Source: Camelus dromedarius
Taxonomy: Eukaryota
DNA length: 64,000 nucleotides
Direction: 5' to 3'
NCBI RefSeq assembly: GCF_036321535.1
Contig: NC_087437.1
Coordinates: 100,938,001 to 101,002,000 of the forward strand
Numbering within the stretch: the stretch's first letter is position 1; every line of letters starts with the position of its first letter. Below the pieces are notes generated by a model. That model was not told the origin of the DNA, did no database searches, and was given only the letters and a program-made list of their open reading frames with translations. A program made the position numbers and the translations under genes. Shown here one piece after another: positions 1-11,483 of this stretch.

Positions 1-509
1 GTGAACTTTCTTTCCTGCTGATGCAATTCACATCAGAAGGAAAACAATTTAAAGAAATCTTGATTCTACTATAGTCAGCTATAAGTTGTGCAAACCTAAA
101 TCTCTAAAGACTAGTAAAGGAAGCTGCGTGAGGAAGTCAACATTAATAAGACTCTATTAATAACACAAATTAGAATTAGAGCTCACAGCTGGAGGGTACA
201 AAAGAGAAAAAAGAGAACAAAGGTCAATTTCATAAAGAGAATTCTCTTAAAATGATTTTGTGGTGAATGCAGGTTGATGGACAAGGGCTTCCGTGTAGAA
301 ATTACACTACTAGGAGTTCAAGGTGGTGCTTAGGTGAAGAACTCATCACCATTAATGATTAAGTAATGAATGAAACAACTTACATGCCTGAAAATCCTAG
401 ACAGATAAAGGTAAAGTAATTGACTGATTTGTCCACTTCCTTATTCCACAAAGGCTTTAAATTCCTTTTCAAAGCTAGGTATAATGCTAACTTTAAAATA
501 CAAATAATG

Positions 510-932
510 GATGGACCTAGAGTTTATCATATTAAAGGAAGTAAATCAGACAGAGAAAGACAAATGTCACATTGTATCATTTATATGTGGAATCTAAAAA
601 AAAATGATATAAATGAACTTGTTACAAAACAGAAAGTGACTCACAAACGTAGAAAACAAATTCAGCCGTACCAAATTCAGGGAACGCGGGGGAGGGATAA
701 ATTAGGAGTTTGAGATAGTTTGGGATTAGCAGATACAAACTATGATATATAAAACAGATAACAAGATCCTACTGTGTAGAACAGGGAACTATATTCAGTA
801 TCTCATAGGAACCTATAATGAAAAAGAATATATACATATATATATGTATAACTGAATCACTATGCTAAACTCTGGAAACTAGCACGACACTGTAAACCAA
901 CTATACTTCAATAAAAAATAAAATAAATAAGT
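510..932 (+). mobile_element. 5'-truncated L1 3' end (artiodactyl type) with A-rich tail and 15 bp TSD
   Basis: L1 3'UTR motifs (atggatggacctagag..., gggattagcagatacaaac, caactatacttcaataaaaa); TSD AAAATACAAATAATG 495-509 / AAGATACAAATAATG 933-947 at a TT|AAAA site. Confidence 0.92.
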
Positions 933-2750
933 AAGATACAAATAATGAAAAGAATCAAGAAAAATGGAACATGAGGATCTAGAGGTTTAAGAAAGTGACA
1001 TGGACAGTGAATTGACACTAAAGTTCATTTAACACAAATCCTTCATGATATTGAAAAATAATAATGCAGTGTGATTGTGTCTTTAGGCAAATTTAGAGGA
1101 TTTAGTTCTGATACTGAGGTTAGTGTCATGAGTTTATAGTGACTCAGAAGAAGAATTCATGGCCTTATAACTTATTTTAGGATAACTTATAACTTATCAT
1201 TGAATATTTCTATGATTATTTTTTGATATGCATGGATACTAATTTATTTTAAAAATGATAAACTCTGTGACAGTGGTGAGCAAATAATAGGTGTGGTTCA
1301 TTTTCTTATTATTTAATTCATCTTATATATTTTCCCCCATTTAAAGTTACCGATCATCATTACACAGGCTTGAAAGTCCATGTCTCACTTTGATACATAT
1401 TATTTTTGAAATATAAATCAATATCGCCTTTATTACCTCACGATGGCACACTTGTTTCAGATACTCTCTGACAAGGTTTTGAAAACCACCTAAAAACCGT
1501 AGCAAAAAAAAAAAACCAAAAAAAAAAAAATAGATATTGCTTTCTTCTTCTTTGAGTAACTTGGTTATATAAAATAGATTAAAAAAATTCTGTAGCCTGC
1601 AATTTCTTCCAATATGCTCTGAGTGCACTTCAAAGTGTGTGGTTAAACTTTGAAGTCTGAATTTTATCCAAGAACATTTGAATTGGGATTGCTTACTAGA
1701 AGCTCTTTGGTCAAGATGCCAGTTTTTGAGCTGGTCTTGAGAAACGGACAGACTGCCTGTCTTTTCAAGTATGTACCAAGTGGAGAGGTTAATTTTTGCA
1801 ACTTTGGTTGGTATTGGAGCATTCCTCTTCAGTTAACGTCAAGCAACAAGAACAAAGGGTAACAAATAGTAGGAGACCAAGTGTAGCAAATTGTATCTAC
1901 AGCCTTTACACATTTCAGGAACTAATAGTGCTCATGGTCAGTTTTTAAACTGACCATAAACCACACCAAAAAATTGATTTCCGCTGTTTAATTTTTCAAA
2001 AGCAAATTATAGGCTGGAGTTATGTAATTAGTTCCTCATACTGCTTACCAACCTGTACTTAATCTACGTGGTAATCTTTCATTACCCAGCTATAAAACGA
2101 AGAAATAAGCCAAAGATTAAAGATGTTTAAATCACCTAAATGATTGGCCATGGATATGCCATGTTTGGTGTTTGGTGCATAGTAAGCACTACTTAAGTGT
2201 TAGTTAATAATAACAATAACAGTGATCTTTAAAAAATTATTAGCACTCAAAACAGATGCCAAAATTTACAAAGAAAACACAGATTTTTAAAATTCATCAG
2301 CCATGAAGATCTTATTCATAACTGATTTTCCTTATTCACAGAACTGCAACTCAGGTACACTCTTTGTCTGTGTTTTGTTTCTTGGCCAAAAGGTGAATAA
2401 AAGCAACAATTGGAATTAAGGAGTGGTGATTACTGAGTTAGAGACTACTAAAATGGCAAAAATAAAATGACAGATATTATGATATGAAGGTGAAAAAGTG
2501 TCCAAATTCATAATAGTTTGTAATAGTTTAATAAGAGATGAAAAATAATGTCACTCTCTTCCCCAGACAGGGTTAACCACAGCCTTTTTCTATAGTTGTC
2601 AAATAGAATTTGGTTTAATCGATTAATATGTTTAATATCATATGATATAGCTTAGAAAACTTTAATATAATTATTTTTTAGATTTTTGACTAAATTATAA
2701 ACATGGCTATGGAGATAGCTCATTCTCCAGTAGTTTCTGGCACCTGAGGG

Positions 2751-2754
<4 letters not shown>

Positions 2755-2784
<30 letters not shown>
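2755..2784. repeat. (TG)n microsatellite
   Basis: About 15 TG units, seen directly. Confidence 0.95.
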
Positions 2785-2787
<3 letters not shown>

Positions 2788-2850
2788 TTTGTACACAGTG
2801 GAAGAAGATGAAAAGGAAGAGGGGAGAGGGGAGGGAAGGTCATTACTTAC

Positions 2851-2982
2851 CACAAATTTTATGGTCTTCATCAGAACCATCTGGACAGTTTAATTCTCCA
2901 TCACAAAATAAATCAATTGCTATACACTTCAGTGCATCAGCACATGGCCTTGAATCAGGTGGACACTCTATTGAGATGTTTC
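2851..2982 (-). CDS. TMPRSS15: TMPRSS15 exon 7 (132 nt): LDL-receptor class A repeat 1
   Basis: Acceptor ttttcaaaag|GA; GNISIECPPDSRPCADALKCIAIDLFCDGELNCPDGSDEDHKIC with six Cys and the CDG...C.DGSDE motif; donor G|gtaagt; not in the ORF track. Confidence 0.97.
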
Positions 2983-4639
2983 CTTTTGAAAAAGATTCAA
3001 TTTATAAGTTTCTTGCACAGTAGATTTAATTTCCAACTAATGAGATGTGTACAAAGTTTGGATATTTATTATGTACTTTTTCATCACTTAGGTAAATATA
3101 CACTTACTTACAAGCATGTATTTCAATTCCCAAAAGAAGTATTTATTTCATTTAGTGAATCGATTTAATTTGTAAACATTTAGAATTTTAAATTTTGAAA
3201 AAAGATACATATTTCTTCATAGGTGTTAAATATGATATTTACTTTGTTGATTTTAACACTGATAAATCAATACTACAGTTTGGACATTTAGCCCCCAGTA
3301 TTTACACCTCCTAGGGTTGTTACGTATTATACGGGCAATTTATTGAAATGTGTATCATATCATCTGCAGTATCTTGAAGCCACTTCATTTACTTAAAAAC
3401 TTACTATTTGAAAATATAGTGACTGAAGACAAGGTTTTCCATATTGCAGACCAAAGTTTGTCAAAGAAAGCTATTTTATAGTAAAATAAAACACTTAAGA
3501 TCCCCAGTGCACTGAGCAAGAGAAACCCAATAGCTATTTCTGTTCAATATCTCCTTGCTTGGGTCAGAAGTTATTAGTGAGGGGGGGAAGATGCAAACAT
3601 AGCTCTGAAGGGTTCCATGCCATCCTCTGTCCAGGATCTGATCAATTTGCACCTCTCAGCCTGTCCTGTCCTTCACCTGCTCCGCTTCCTCATTTCTAAA
3701 TATAAAGATGGACTAAGAAACACATTTTACCTTTAAAATTTGACTTGGAAAATTTAGGTGCAATTCTAAAAATATACTTATATGCCCACTAGATGAACAC
3801 ATATCTTTTTATATTTCTGAGAAATGTGAGAATTTGAATACTTAGGTCTATGATTAGAATAACAATGATGGTGTAAAGGTTTTGGAAAGTCTTTAAGCTC
3901 AATAGCATTTTTTGCTATTGTTCTTAATCTTAAAACCCGCACTGCACTGCCATCTGCTGGATTGAAAAAATAAATTTGATTTTGAAATTTCTCTTTATAC
4001 CCCATAAAATTAATTGGGAAAAGAAAAGTGCTGTAATCAATCTGCTAAGCCAATACTTAATTAGGAACATTATAGACAGGGTTGCTGCGTATGTATACAA
4101 CTAAACTGGACTTTTGTAATTGGCTACAATTAAAATGGATATAAACCACTGGGGAAATCATGGAGCACCTAATATCTAAAACAGGACAGGATAAAGACAA
4201 GAGCCACTCCCAAATGACTGAATACTCCCATTTAGGAGAATAAAAAAATGATAAAAATGACAGTGAATAAACTCATATGCATGTTATAATTGTTGATATA
4301 TATGAGACACTCATCAAGAGAATCCTCAATTACTGAGTCCCCGTGAAAGGCATTGTGTTGACAGTATTCCACTAATGCTTGATAAATAAATGAGAAAAAA
4401 GCACATTATTCTAGAAACTCTATGTCTCATGTTAACAGTAGTTAATAGAATTCTAATTGTTCAGCATCTAGAAGAACAGATTTGCAGATATAACTAAGAC
4501 AATAATTTTGTCTGTCCTAATGCTTCTCATGGGAACTTTACTTTCTGATGCTTCACGACTTTATCTGTTGCTTTTAACTCTACAGAGTGAACTTCAAAAC
4601 CACACTGGCAAGTGACACCACTTGGGACCTTTGATCTCA

Positions 4640-5530
4640 ATTAATGATCGTTCATTCACTTAACTAGTGTTTATTTTCTGCTCATTTATGTCATGGATTT
4701 TTAAGGGATAGAGATAAAAAGACGAGGAAGGCGGAGAGGCTATCATCATGGAGCTTGGAGTTTAGTGGGAGACTGGTTCAGAACTAATCATTTTTTTAAA
4801 AAAAGAGATAGAAAAAAAGTGATATGGGAACACCAAGAACTGGACTGCACCAAGGATTAGTTTTCTTCTGAGGCATGGATTGAAAACATCTTCATATAAA
4901 CTATGTTTTGAAGGATGCTAAGACATGCACAAGGAAGAGAGGAATGTGGGACGTATACATGGAGATGCCTCAGAAGCACATTAATATATGGAAAATAGAG
5001 GCATCTAACTTATCTGTATGTAGGATGCTTGTTGAAGCTATGGTAGGGAATGTGGTGCCAAATCTTGGGGGACTTTTAAAAAAATCTTTGTAACATATCA
5101 AAAAAAATTTTTTTCTATAGGCCATGGCATTGAAAATTTTTACATATATGTGTGATATGATCAGTCCGTGTTTCATAAAGCAATTCCGGGACTAAGTGGA
5201 GACTCAAGTGAAGGGAGCAGACCAATTAAGAAACTGTTTCAGTGGTCAAGGTGAACGTTGCTAAGGGTTGGAACTCTTGCACTAGCAGAGGAGACAGGGC
5301 ATATTCAGTCCACTTGCTATTTTACAAGTAGATTCGATGAGCTTTCATGACCAAATGTGCTCCTGATTGGAGGGGGGTGGATAAGGAGATGCCGAAGATG
5401 ACAGCTTTGCTTTTGGGGTGGCCAGTGCATTGCCAGTGGTCATTCGTCATGACAGTGACTGTAAGCGCAACAGCTGGGGGGATCACAAAATGACTCTAGT
5501 CTGAAATATTCTGACTTGAAGGTGGAAATA
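4640..5530 (-). mobile_element. Degenerate L2 fragment(s)
   Basis: ttcattcacttaactagtgtttatt start and purine-rich body resembling an antisense L2 3' region; boundaries approximate. Confidence 0.45.
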
Positions 5531-8273
5531 CTAGAATCTTGTTTAGGTTGTACACTCTATCTCTCTGGACTTTGTTGCATAAACACTCAGCTGTTTTGGT
5601 CTGTGAATAAAGAGAAGTTCCTCATATTGAAACCAATATGGAAAATATGAATGTCGTCTTGTTACATAGATGGATTGTTTTAGGATTTTATCAGGTTGTA
5701 TTTTTACCTAGTCTTCTGTCTCCCTCTCATCTCCTTACATGCACACTATCATTACAATTTCCAACAAAACTACGAAAAAAATTAGCCAGATGCTAGTTTG
5801 TAGAAATGACCTTCCGTTCTTAAAACTAGAGTTCTTTGACTTGTGGATTACTTAGCTTTCCATTCCATTCCTTAATTTTGCTCTAGTCTTTCTCCTTTTC
5901 TAAGAAATCTATCCTATACTTCTCAATAGGGAATTTTTAGGAAAGGAGCTAAGGAATTCTATTGAAGGAAATGTACACAAAGAGAATAATAATTGATTCT
6001 GTTTATTAGAAGCTGATCAAGTTGCCTGAATATTAGTTACTGTTCTCTTGAGTGGGAAAACACCTGGCATATTTTTATGTCTTTATGGTTGTTTATCTTC
6101 AGGATATTAATTTTTTTGCATAGTATGAAAACCCACCAGTAAATTAGTATTATTTGGAATTCTGCAAATGGGAGGTTTTAATTATCTATTTATATTTGTA
6201 TTATGAAGGATTCGTATACACTCAAATGTGATTATTTCAGACTGAGCACAATAATTTCCAGAGATTTAGGGTGAGAAATCTTTTGTGCCTATTTTGTACA
6301 GCCACTGTGGTGAGCATTGTGGGGGACAAAAAAGACTGAAATCCATTATTTTTTTTCCTTCCAAACCAGTTACAATAAGTGTTATATACAAGATTATAAT
6401 TTGAAAATCATATTTTGGAAATCTGAGGTTTATTTGTTTTTCCTATGATTTAAATGAGGGTAATAATAATGCTTGGTGGCCAAAAGTGAGACAAATTAAA
6501 CTCAAGGTCCTTATAGCTCACTTAGTAATGAAATTGTAATCTGAATCCATGAACGTTTGCTCTGAGAGACCAAGTTCATTTCATTGTACTGCATTAGAAA
6601 TAGAGATCACCTTACAGAAATTCTCATCTACTTTGATAGAATAAATTTAATCTTTTTGGCAAGACTATGGCTGTTCAATTCAAATGAAATTACAGTGGAA
6701 AGATACTTTAATAGTTCTGATATCATGTGCATCAAAATGTCTTAAATTACGGGAGAGTGCTTAGCTGTATATACATATATATATGTTGTTCTCTCGAATG
6801 CAGAGGAAAAAAATACTTAAAGTCAAAATGCATTTTTATGTCAGATACAGTGGTTGTGCCTTAGTCCTGGGGCAATTAATTCAACTGAGGAACATAATTC
6901 TACTTTAGTTTCTCTTGACTCAATTTCATGTTCTTCACTAAATCAGCCAGTTCTTTTTCTTCAGTTCCCAAAGCCTTCCACATAGTAGAACTATAGCAGG
7001 ATTGCATTTTCTTTGAGACTGAGAAAGCCCATGATAGTGAAACTTTTGTTTTTCTGCAATCATTGCCTACACAGTAAGCAACAAAAGACTAGAACAGGCC
7101 ATTTTCTAGAAACCCTTCAAGCATATGAACAATTGCCCCAAAGAGCCCCTCCAGGCACTCTGTAGCAGCCAGGACATCAATTGGTGTAATGCACCCTCAG
7201 TTCCCATCTCTCCCCTTAGTGTTCCAAGTGGGTTAGTAAAACTTTACAGTAATTGGCAACAAAGGCAGCTGAACAATAGAACACGATCCTCATGGACTTT
7301 GTACCGCTATCATCCAAAAATTCTCTTCGGCAGAATTTATAACAGTACTAACGCCTGGTATATGATGCATGCATTTGTTGATTTTTCTCAAACTCTGTCT
7401 TCCAGGCATATAAAAATGAAAATAAACTTAACATCCCTGAAAGGCATATTCATAATAAATTACTGCTTGGAAATTGCGGTTCTCAAGTTTAATTGCCTCG
7501 TTCCCCTCTATAAATCTACGGTCTCTTGCCATATGAGAGGAGTAAATGGGAAGGATGATTGGGGACTCACAATCCAGTAAAAGAGGGAATGTGATATTTT
7601 GCTACCTACTTACTTTAATATAATTCTTTGAGGTTTGATTAAGGTAATTCAACACAGTCTCTAATAACAGGAAAAGGAAGTTTTTTTTCAGATAAATGAT
7701 CAGATTAAAATTAGCATGACCAAGTACAATCATCTTGTTTTAACCTTAGTTCATTTTTTGAAAAGCCATTTTATAAGAAATATCCAACTGCTTTTTTACC
7801 TTTTTCTAAGTCAGAAGAGGGAAGGGAAAAGGATCTAATATAGGTTATATCCCTCCTTTGTGCCAGTCATTAATTGAGATAGTACAATGGTGTCCGTATT
7901 TTCTCTCTTCTTCATGACCACTCTCTAAGGTACATATTTTAATCTTTATCTTTCAGACAACAAATACAAAGTTCAAAAAGACTAGGTAGCTTGCCAAACA
8001 TCATGTATAGGTGGGATCAGTTACAGGTAGATTCACCCATGCCCTTTCAATGACTGAGAATTGCATGTTACTTTTTGGTCTTCATTTTGATTATCATATG
8101 CCTACATAAAGTGTAAAATATAGGACTAAATATGTACTGATCCCATTCCTACAGTTTACATGTAGGAAAGGAGATTTCTGCTCCCCTCCCCAGGAGAGAA
8201 AAGCATGGGTTGAATATTACTCTCATGCTCTCTGTTCCCTAGGCACCATCTCCTTCGGCCAGAGGAAACTGGG

Positions 8274-8530
8274 TTGTTAGCAGACATTTGGTCCTGCCTA
8301 AAATGACCACAGGACATTTGCTCCATAAGACATTTCGGTCTTTGAGATCTTTGGTCCTTAAGACATCTGGTCCATACCAAAAGATCCTTGAAAGTTGGTC
8401 CTATCTAAAATGTCCACGACTGTAATTTGGTCCATGACAAATGGTTTTGGATGGGGCCAAATTATCAAGGATCTTTTTGGTGTGGACAAATTTCTTATGG
8501 ACATTTTGAACAGGATCAAATGTCCCACAA
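8274..8530. mobile_element. Palindromic, internally repetitive non-autonomous DNA-transposon-like (foldback/MULE-like) element
   Basis: Long imperfect inverted arms, GACATTTGGTCC sub-repeats, flanking direct repeat GGAAACTGGG 8264-8273 / GGAACTGGG 8531-8539. Confidence 0.7.
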
Positions 8531-9925
8531 GGAACTGGGCATATGGTTCAGTCACTTCTTGTATTTTTGGTGGGTTTGTCTTCAGGATAGTAAAGGGAAA
8601 AACTTGTTTGAAATCAAGAGTTTCTTGATTTAACACTGATTTTTTCCCCCAAGTCATTCCACGTAGTTCTCCTAGGGCATTTTACACAACTGAGAGGTCC
8701 TCAATATGTTATATGAATCACTCAATGAATCAATAAACAGACAGAAATAAAAAAACAGAGCACTCATTTAGATATTTGTTGCTTTTAAATTTTTAGAAAT
8801 AAATCTCTCAAAATATGTTAAAATTATTTTTTAGTTGATTTTTAGATTAAAAGAATTAGCTATTCTCCATCCTAAAAATATTTTTTTGCAAGCGTGTTGA
8901 AAGGTGATTTTAGATGCTATAAATAGTTTTCTACATTGGAGAAGGGACTGGGGGCTCAAGAGCAGCTTTATTTTTCAGTATGTTGTGCTACTACGTGGAT
9001 AACACCTAAATACAACCCTAGGCATGCTTATCTTACCGCGGAAGACCTCTGTGCGTTTGGAGATGTGAAGATCTGTTTCATAAAGCATTTTGATTAATGA
9101 TTCACGTATCACTTTGCTTTTCAAACATCACACCAACCATTTTATTCAAGAATTATTAAGTCTCATCCAGAGGGTATTTATAATTTCACAAGTGTTCTCT
9201 CCTTGTGTGTATATAATATTTGATATAAATTCTAATAACATTAAAATGGTGGTATTATTTTAGGAGCTGAAGATCTATACATTATTGCCTTTACAGAGTA
9301 TACCTAAAGAGATTAGGTACACACCCAGATCATTTAACATGAAGAGTAAGTTAGGACCAGAGAAGACACTTTAGTTAACCAGCAGATAGACAAAAGCACA
9401 GTAGATCATTACTAAGAATCCAGAGAAACTGTCACATCAAAGACATCCCAGGAGTTGGCACAAAGTAGGCATTTAATGAAAAATTGTTGGATGGTTGAAT
9501 CCAAGGCTACTTTGGTACTGGTTTGGCAACATATGAGTGTTAAGAAGAGACAGCAAGCATCTCCTATTTGTATACAGAGAGAATAAATGAAGAAAAAATC
9601 CCTCACATCTGATGAAACCTACATCCTCTCTGGCAAACATTTTAACCTTGTTGGTGGCATTCTTAGCAGTAGATAATAACCATGGCTCTAATAGATGGAG
9701 GAATGGAGTGAGGTCAGATAATCCAGGCATTAATTAGCTGAAATATATTGTTAACTTTTGTAGAATCTTAAGCTAAAACTGTAAACTTTTATGCTTTAGT
9801 TTTTAAAATCTATTAGATAGGGGTACTATTAAATGCCGTATTATCAGAGAATTCTCAGGAGCCCCAAAATCAAACATTAGCAAAAACTTTTTTAAAATAA
9901 GAGAAGTAATATTATTAAAACCTAC

Positions 9926-9961
9926 CTTGAGTTGGCAGAGGACTTCTAGTTGTTAACTTGT
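9926..9961 (-). CDS. TMPRSS15: TMPRSS15 exon 6 (36 nt micro-exon): Ser/Thr/Pro-rich stalk
   Basis: Acceptor tatttttatag|AC; DKLTTRSPLPTQ (cf. human DKLTTTSHLATP); donor AAG|gtaggt; phase 1-1. Confidence 0.92.
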
Positions 9962-10319
9962 CTATAAAAATAAATGACATTAAAATAATGATTACATTTT
10001 AAAACTGATTATTAGGAATTCTTTCTGTTTAATATTTTACTTGACGTTTTAAAAATTACTATGAATTATTGGTGTTTATTAACTTAAGAATATACTATTA
10101 GTATTGGGATCTAAAAATAAATCTTTTATATTTTTATTGATTCTTCAAATTACAGAGCAGAGGTTTCTAGATTTATAAGTCATCTTTTATTCTTTAAATA
10201 AAGAAGATGATGTTTTTTAATTTTCAGTAACTAAACATAAGGATTCATTAGTTTCATAATGGCTGTAGACTTAAATGTTCTAGGTTAATCTGATGTTATT
10301 TGAAATAGAAGCTTGAGAT

Positions 10320-10520
10320 ATGCTTAGACCACGGGCTTTAGAATCGAAAGGAATTCGTTTTAATTCCTGATTTTGACGTGTAGCAGCTGTGACTCTGGGT
10401 ATGTTCCTGATTATTTATTTATTTTTAGGTGGAAAAAATATTACCTCTGTACAGAATCACTCTGAGAATTAAATGAGATAATGTTTGTAAAATGTATACC
10501 CAGTCCAAGTAGATACTTTA
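10320..10520 (+). mobile_element. MIR fragment
   Basis: gggctttagaatc...tagcagctgtgactctggg...gagaattaaatgagataatgtttgtaaa, MIR core-like. Confidence 0.65.
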
Positions 10521-11438
10521 AAAAATAGATTTTTCAAATATTATAAAAATGGCCATGATTATAGATAATACTGAAAGTCATATCTTTATGGTTTTATCAC
10601 AATTTACACATTAAAATCATTTTATATAAATTTTATATTAAGAATGATTTCTGAAATATTGATAAAAATTTTATTATTCACAATTTATAGGAAGCAGATT
10701 TTCAGAGGTTGAAATGCCCAGTGATTCTGGTAGTTAGCAGAGAAAGGATTAGTTTTCAAATCTTCTGACTTCAATTTAAATAATTTTTCTACAATGGAGT
10801 GATTTTACATTTTAAGGTAACTCAGGTTAATTCTAAAATTATTGATAATTTCTCAAAGCACCCTTTTAATAGTGTGTATGATCTTGATAAGACAAAGTGA
10901 ATTTCTAAATTTTATAAGTAGTAGTGACTGATTATAGTTAGAAAGATGGAGTGAAGAAAATGCCAGAATAGAGCAAAAAGTTAACTTAAGCCCTAGATTC
11001 TTCTCTCCAAAGAGTGCAATACATTTTGCAAGTTACCATTTGATTATCTTTTAAACTCCTTTCCCTCATTTTTAGTGACCTTACAAGTGTCATGGCTTCA
11101 TTTTCAAGGCTGCATGAACAGAGGCATATTTTGAGAACACACACCCACACACACCCACACCCACCCATATATGCATATATGTATATAGAGTTTAAAATAT
11201 GAAAGGAGCATTGAAATTGGAAATGCATATCCTTGCATATGTAACTAGGTGTTATGAACCCTGCAGTATTATGAACTACATTATTCCTAAGCAAATGTAT
11301 GCTTTTTACATTTTGATGTGAAGACTAAATGTCTCAGAAAGAGTTGTCAGGAAAAAAAAGTTGAATCCTTCCCTAACGTCATTTTATGGAGTTTTACGGT
11401 CACTAAGTTACATATTTTAAAATGCCTTAAGTACTGAC

Positions 11439-11483
11439 CTGAAGTTGTTGCAGGACTTATTGTAGAGAAATTCTCCAAAGATG
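11439..11483 (-). CDS. TMPRSS15: TMPRSS15 exon 5 (45 nt micro-exon): Ser/Thr-rich stalk
   Basis: Acceptor tttattccag|CA; ASLENFSTISPATTS (matches the bovine stalk segment as I recall it); donor CAG|gtcagt; phase 1-1. Confidence 0.92.

Noticed and set aside
1..2850. TMPRSS15 CUB1 exon (AT.CDGRFLLTG...)
   Set aside because: Looked for it on the minus strand and did not find it; it is expected beyond the left edge, so its absence is not evidence of pseudogenisation
2751..3168. Plus-strand ORFs 2751..3023 and 2917..3168
   Set aside because: Antisense shadows of TMPRSS15 exon 7 and the TG repeat
7125..7580. Longest ORF in the track (151 aa, + strand)
   Set aside because: No recognisable domain, antisense within a TMPRSS15 intron, no supporting splice or promoter context; compatible with chance
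8283..8433. CRISPR-like or operator-array reading of the GACATTTGGTCC repeats
   Set aside because: Mammalian intron; units are short, degenerate and nearly adjacent, with no unique spacers or cas genes
8156..8657. Four overlapping ORFs on both strands
   Set aside because: Most likely a by-product of the stop-poor palindromic repeat element; the peptides are not protein-like
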